DNA of 64,000 bases, from NCBI GenBank assembly GCA_965644495.1, contig CBFFSA010000004.1:310001-374000 (forward strand). The letters are read 5' to 3'. A program made the translations under genes and the position numbers. Source of the DNA: Perkinsela sp. CCAP 1560/9. Taxonomy: Eukaryota > Protista > Euglenozoa: Kinetoplastea. Shown piece after piece: positions 60,831 through 64,000 of the stretch (position 1 is its first letter; each line of letters opens with the position of its first letter). The notes under the pieces were generated by a model, which was given only the letters and a program-made list of their open reading frames with translations, made no database searches and was not told where the DNA came from.

Positions 60831-61112
60831 AGTTTCTGTACCTTGTTGGTACTTAACCTTAGTTTATCCTTTCTTTCCCCGGCAACGGGCATACTCTTAC
60901 TGTATTTTCATGCCCGTTGCCGGCCGGCGCTAAGGCTGGAACTGTCCCCCTTTATCGCTGAAGCAGGGGAAGCGTCTCCATCCCTTCACCCTTCCCCGAC
61001 TCACTCCCCTGGAGTGAGTGCTTCTCCCTCTCGGCTTCTTTCCTCCCGACCCGTACCTCTCCGAGAGGGCTAGGCGTCACGGTGACCTCCCTTGAGGACC
61101 ACTAGACGCGTC
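60831..61112 (+). mobile_element. SL-headed non-coding structured retroposon, copy B
   Basis: agtttctgtaccttgttg head; homologous to 14446-14726(-). Confidence 0.6.
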
Positions 61113-61710
61113 CCTCGCTGCCCGCGAGAAAGAGGAAATGTTAAAAATGGCAGAAAATGACAATGCAATTTACATTTGCACGACTGGTAAAATATTTTAC
61201 TTGTCCTTTACAAAAAAATAGGAAATCTAAGTTTTCAGCATTTTTTGGAAATTTTGATACCCCCGTGACTTTGCACATCAGGAAATTTTCAAAAACAGAA
61301 AAATGTGCAAAGTCAGGGGGGATGCAAAGTCAGGGGGTACTAACGGTAATTTTTTTCTGAAAAATTAGGAATGGCGTTTATAGAAATTAAAACTGGTCGC
61401 CAGTACATCCAGTGAGTGGTCATCGCTCATCTCCCACAGCCTTTGGTAAAATAGACGAGACCGTGTGATAGGGGCGATCTCGCCGTCGTTCCGGTAAACT
61501 CTTGTACTTGGTGGTTTACTTAGCTGCGTACGTGGGATTGAACTGTCTTCGTTGTGTTGCTTATGGGCAACTGCTGCTATTTCAGCGGAGTTTTGTACTA
61601 ATATAGGCTCTGGATTCGGTTCAATTAATGTATTCTATCAAAATTTAAATTTCCTATTTTAACTGGAAGATTATCTACCAAAAACTTTCGCAACGTCAAT
61701 GCAGCACTTT

Positions 61711-62664
61711 TCATAGAAGTTCGGTCGCATCTTGTAGCCCCAGAGCCATTGCCACCTCTAGCCTGGGAAGATACAGGGGTATCCATAAAATTTCGAGATC
61801 TTTGTGTTTCGCTAGGGCTTGAATTATCGATAAAGGAGCGCCTTGGGATAGAAGCGACACCGATGCCCCCCTTTTGACAGAATGCGCCGATAGAGAGGGG
61901 TTGACGCATTTCAAGACCGCGTTTGCTCTGGCTGTCGTAAGATTCTAAATTTTTTTCTCCAAGCTTAGAACCTCCATCTGTGTCTTGAAAATGCGAAATT
62001 CGTTGGCATTGCACTTTACCGGCACGGCCGTCCCCACTCGGAAGGGGTCCCCTTTTTGAACGGGAAAAACTACGGGTTTGATTCTCTTTTCCTCGTTTAC
62101 TATTTCCAAGTCCTTCCTTCGGAGATGAACGACATCGTCTATCCGACTGCATGTTTTCCACGCCGGGAGTAATCCTACTCCTTCTTGCCGGAGCATCCAT
62201 TCGTAGGCCTCGTCTATTTCTTCCCTCTTGGCGGGAGGGGCTTGGTGTTCGGGAATTAGTGCCCCTTTCCGACAGAGTGCTCGCATATAAGATTTTACTA
62301 CCGTGGCATCCATGGACCCTCCTGTTCGAAAGATTATTTGGATTAAGAATTTTGCGTAAGTGTGTGCTGTTTGCGTACTGATGAGAGGTTTCTGCGTTTG
62401 CGGATGTACCGTTCTTTGCTTCGCTTCTAAAAAACACACCACGCACCACTCCTCGGTTGGGCAATCCTCTCCCAATGTTTCCTTCCACGTCAGAAACTGC
62501 TTGTACACGCTTGATAGATGATTCCATCGACCTTCTGATTTTTCGTTGAGCAGTTGTTTTTGACCCGGTTCTATCAATTCCCGCACGCTTATATCGGGAA
62601 TCAAGGCTCTGGTCTCGCAGTTTCCTTCTATCCGATCGAGAAACAGCCCTGTCGTGTGTGTCAT
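61711..62664 (-). mobile_element. tyrosine recombinase of a TATE/DIRS-like retroelement (frameshift near 61945)
   Basis: WKTCSRIDD (R), KGDP, AHSVKRGA (HxxR), AKH, Y. Confidence 0.85.
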
Positions 62665-62846
62665 ATTTTTTGTTTTTGATCTCGCTATGATACCAGTTAT
62701 GGCCCGTCGGCTTGTGGATGGCTGAGTGTACTCCTCGCGATGATGATAAAAAGTATCCGCCTTCTGTACGGTTGGTTCTTGGTAGTCTTCTTCCTCCCCT
62801 AAACGAGTTAAAGAAATTTCTATCAGTGTTTTTTAGCGAAAACGTT

Positions 62847-62925
62847 CAACAAGGTACAGAAACTGTATCTTTATCGCTAAAACTTTATATTTATAGAAAC
62901 TGTATCTTTATCGTTAAAACTTTAT
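62847..62925 (-). other. tandem spliced-leader-like exons upstream of the recombinase ORF
   Basis: AAGTTTTAGCGATAAAGATACAGTTTCTGTACCTTGTTG (39 nt) preceded by a partial copy. Confidence 0.8.
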
Positions 62926-63399
62926 ATTTTAAATTTGAAGCGAAAACGTTCTACTGGTACAAAGGAAATATGAAAATTTTACATTTATTGAAAGAGACGG
63001 AAGACCAAAATTACTTACTCAAGTTTCAAGAACACGAATCATAATTTGAAGAAATTATGTGCCCCGGAGGCCAAATTTCAAAACGTGGACTATTAGATGA
63101 TGATGCATTGGGCCTTTTGACTCCGAAAAGTTATGGCCCCTCAACTCCCCAAACGGGTAGCCCGAATACGTCTGGCGGCGTATCCGGAGAGCCAGCCATA
63201 GGCTATGGCTGACCTCCGCTTGGAGAGAAATTAGATTTCCAAATATTATCCTCCAATAAAGGAAGCCAATAATTAACAGCTCGGATAGGAGGGGTTCGAT
63301 ACTCCCCAACATGGTTTAACAAGTTAAACCACGACCCTGCCTAAATTTAAATTGTTGTGTGGATACTGCCCTAGTTTTCTGACGTCTTGTTGACGACGG

Positions 63400-63790
63400 G
63401 AAGCTCGGCGGGAAGGGCTAAGCTCGGAAGGATGCGCGGCGGGGACCGCGGGGAGAAGCATGGCGGGGAGAGCGGTGGGGAGAACGGCAGGGAGGGCGGC
63501 GGGGGACGAGAAGGGGGGCGAGTAGGGAGCCAACGGGGGGGGGGGCGCAGGGAGCGAGCAAGGGGCGAGCAGGGAGCAAACAGGGTGGCGAGCAGGGCGG
63601 CCATCAGGGGGCGAGCAGGGCCGCGGGCAGGGCGGTGCACGGAGGGCGAGGAGGGCGGCACACGATCGGGGGAGGGCGACGCACGAGGGGGGAGGGAAGA
63701 GCGCGAGCAGGGGCGGTAAACAGGGGCGAACAGCGGCGGCGAGCAGGGCGGGGAGCAGGGGACGCGCATGGTGGCGGCGCTGGGGGTTAA
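63400..63790. repeat. GC-rich low-complexity gcgagcaggg-like repeats
   Basis: direct reading. Confidence 0.7.
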
Positions 63791-64000
63791 GGGGGAACGA
63801 TGAAAAGAAAGTTTACGCCTAAGGGCATCATCAAAGTAAAAGCAAAAAAAACAAGGTACAAAAAATATTCCTTAAGTTCCGTTTCTACGGTACTTTCACC
63901 TCCTTTATCCCAAATGTTTGATCAAAATATTTTTGTTTCATTTTTCAAAACGGTGCCATCAGTGAGGGCATAGCACAAACGTTTTTAGATTTTTACATTT

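Noticed and set aside
60831-60950. Functional SL RNA gene (exon followed by GT)
   Set aside because: Exon 5' half is missing, the homologous copy at 14704 lacks the GT, and no recognisable SL intron or Sm site is present
61625-62527. 300-aa ORF overlapping the recombinase
   Set aside because: Mostly an alternate-frame shadow; only its end may be the start of the RT ORF

Overview
Intron-less eukaryotic DNA, most likely from a kinetoplastid (Perkinsela/prokinetoplastid-like). All recognisable host genes lie on the minus strand, as in a directional gene cluster: 8 members of an LRR family (one frameshifted, one partial duplicate), a trypanosomatid-type PRMT7 and a hypothetical protein. Most of the rest is a dense mass of nested mobile DNA: Tc1/mariner and pogo elements and MITEs, Merlin, Harbinger and hAT-like fragments, CRE-clade and APE-type non-LTR retrotransposons, and tyrosine-recombinase (VIPER/TATE-like) retroelements. 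The most interesting signals are RNA-level. (1) A ~203-nt multi-pseudoknot RNA is conserved, with pairing-preserving substitutions, just downstream of two dissimilar REL-endonuclease ORFs. (2) Spliced-leader-like exon copies (TTTAACGATAAAGATACAGTTTCTGTACCTTGTTG) sit at the 5' ends of several different retroelements, including a non-coding structured retroposon family. (3) A CRE-like element has an ORF1 with zinc fingers and a ubiquitin-like domain, a structured inter-ORF spacer, and a 2A/StopGo peptide at the start of ORF2. (4) There is an APE-RT/REL chimera. (5) pogo-type elements carry Ulp1-like protease domains. All calls come from manual reading of motifs; no searches or folding programs were run.
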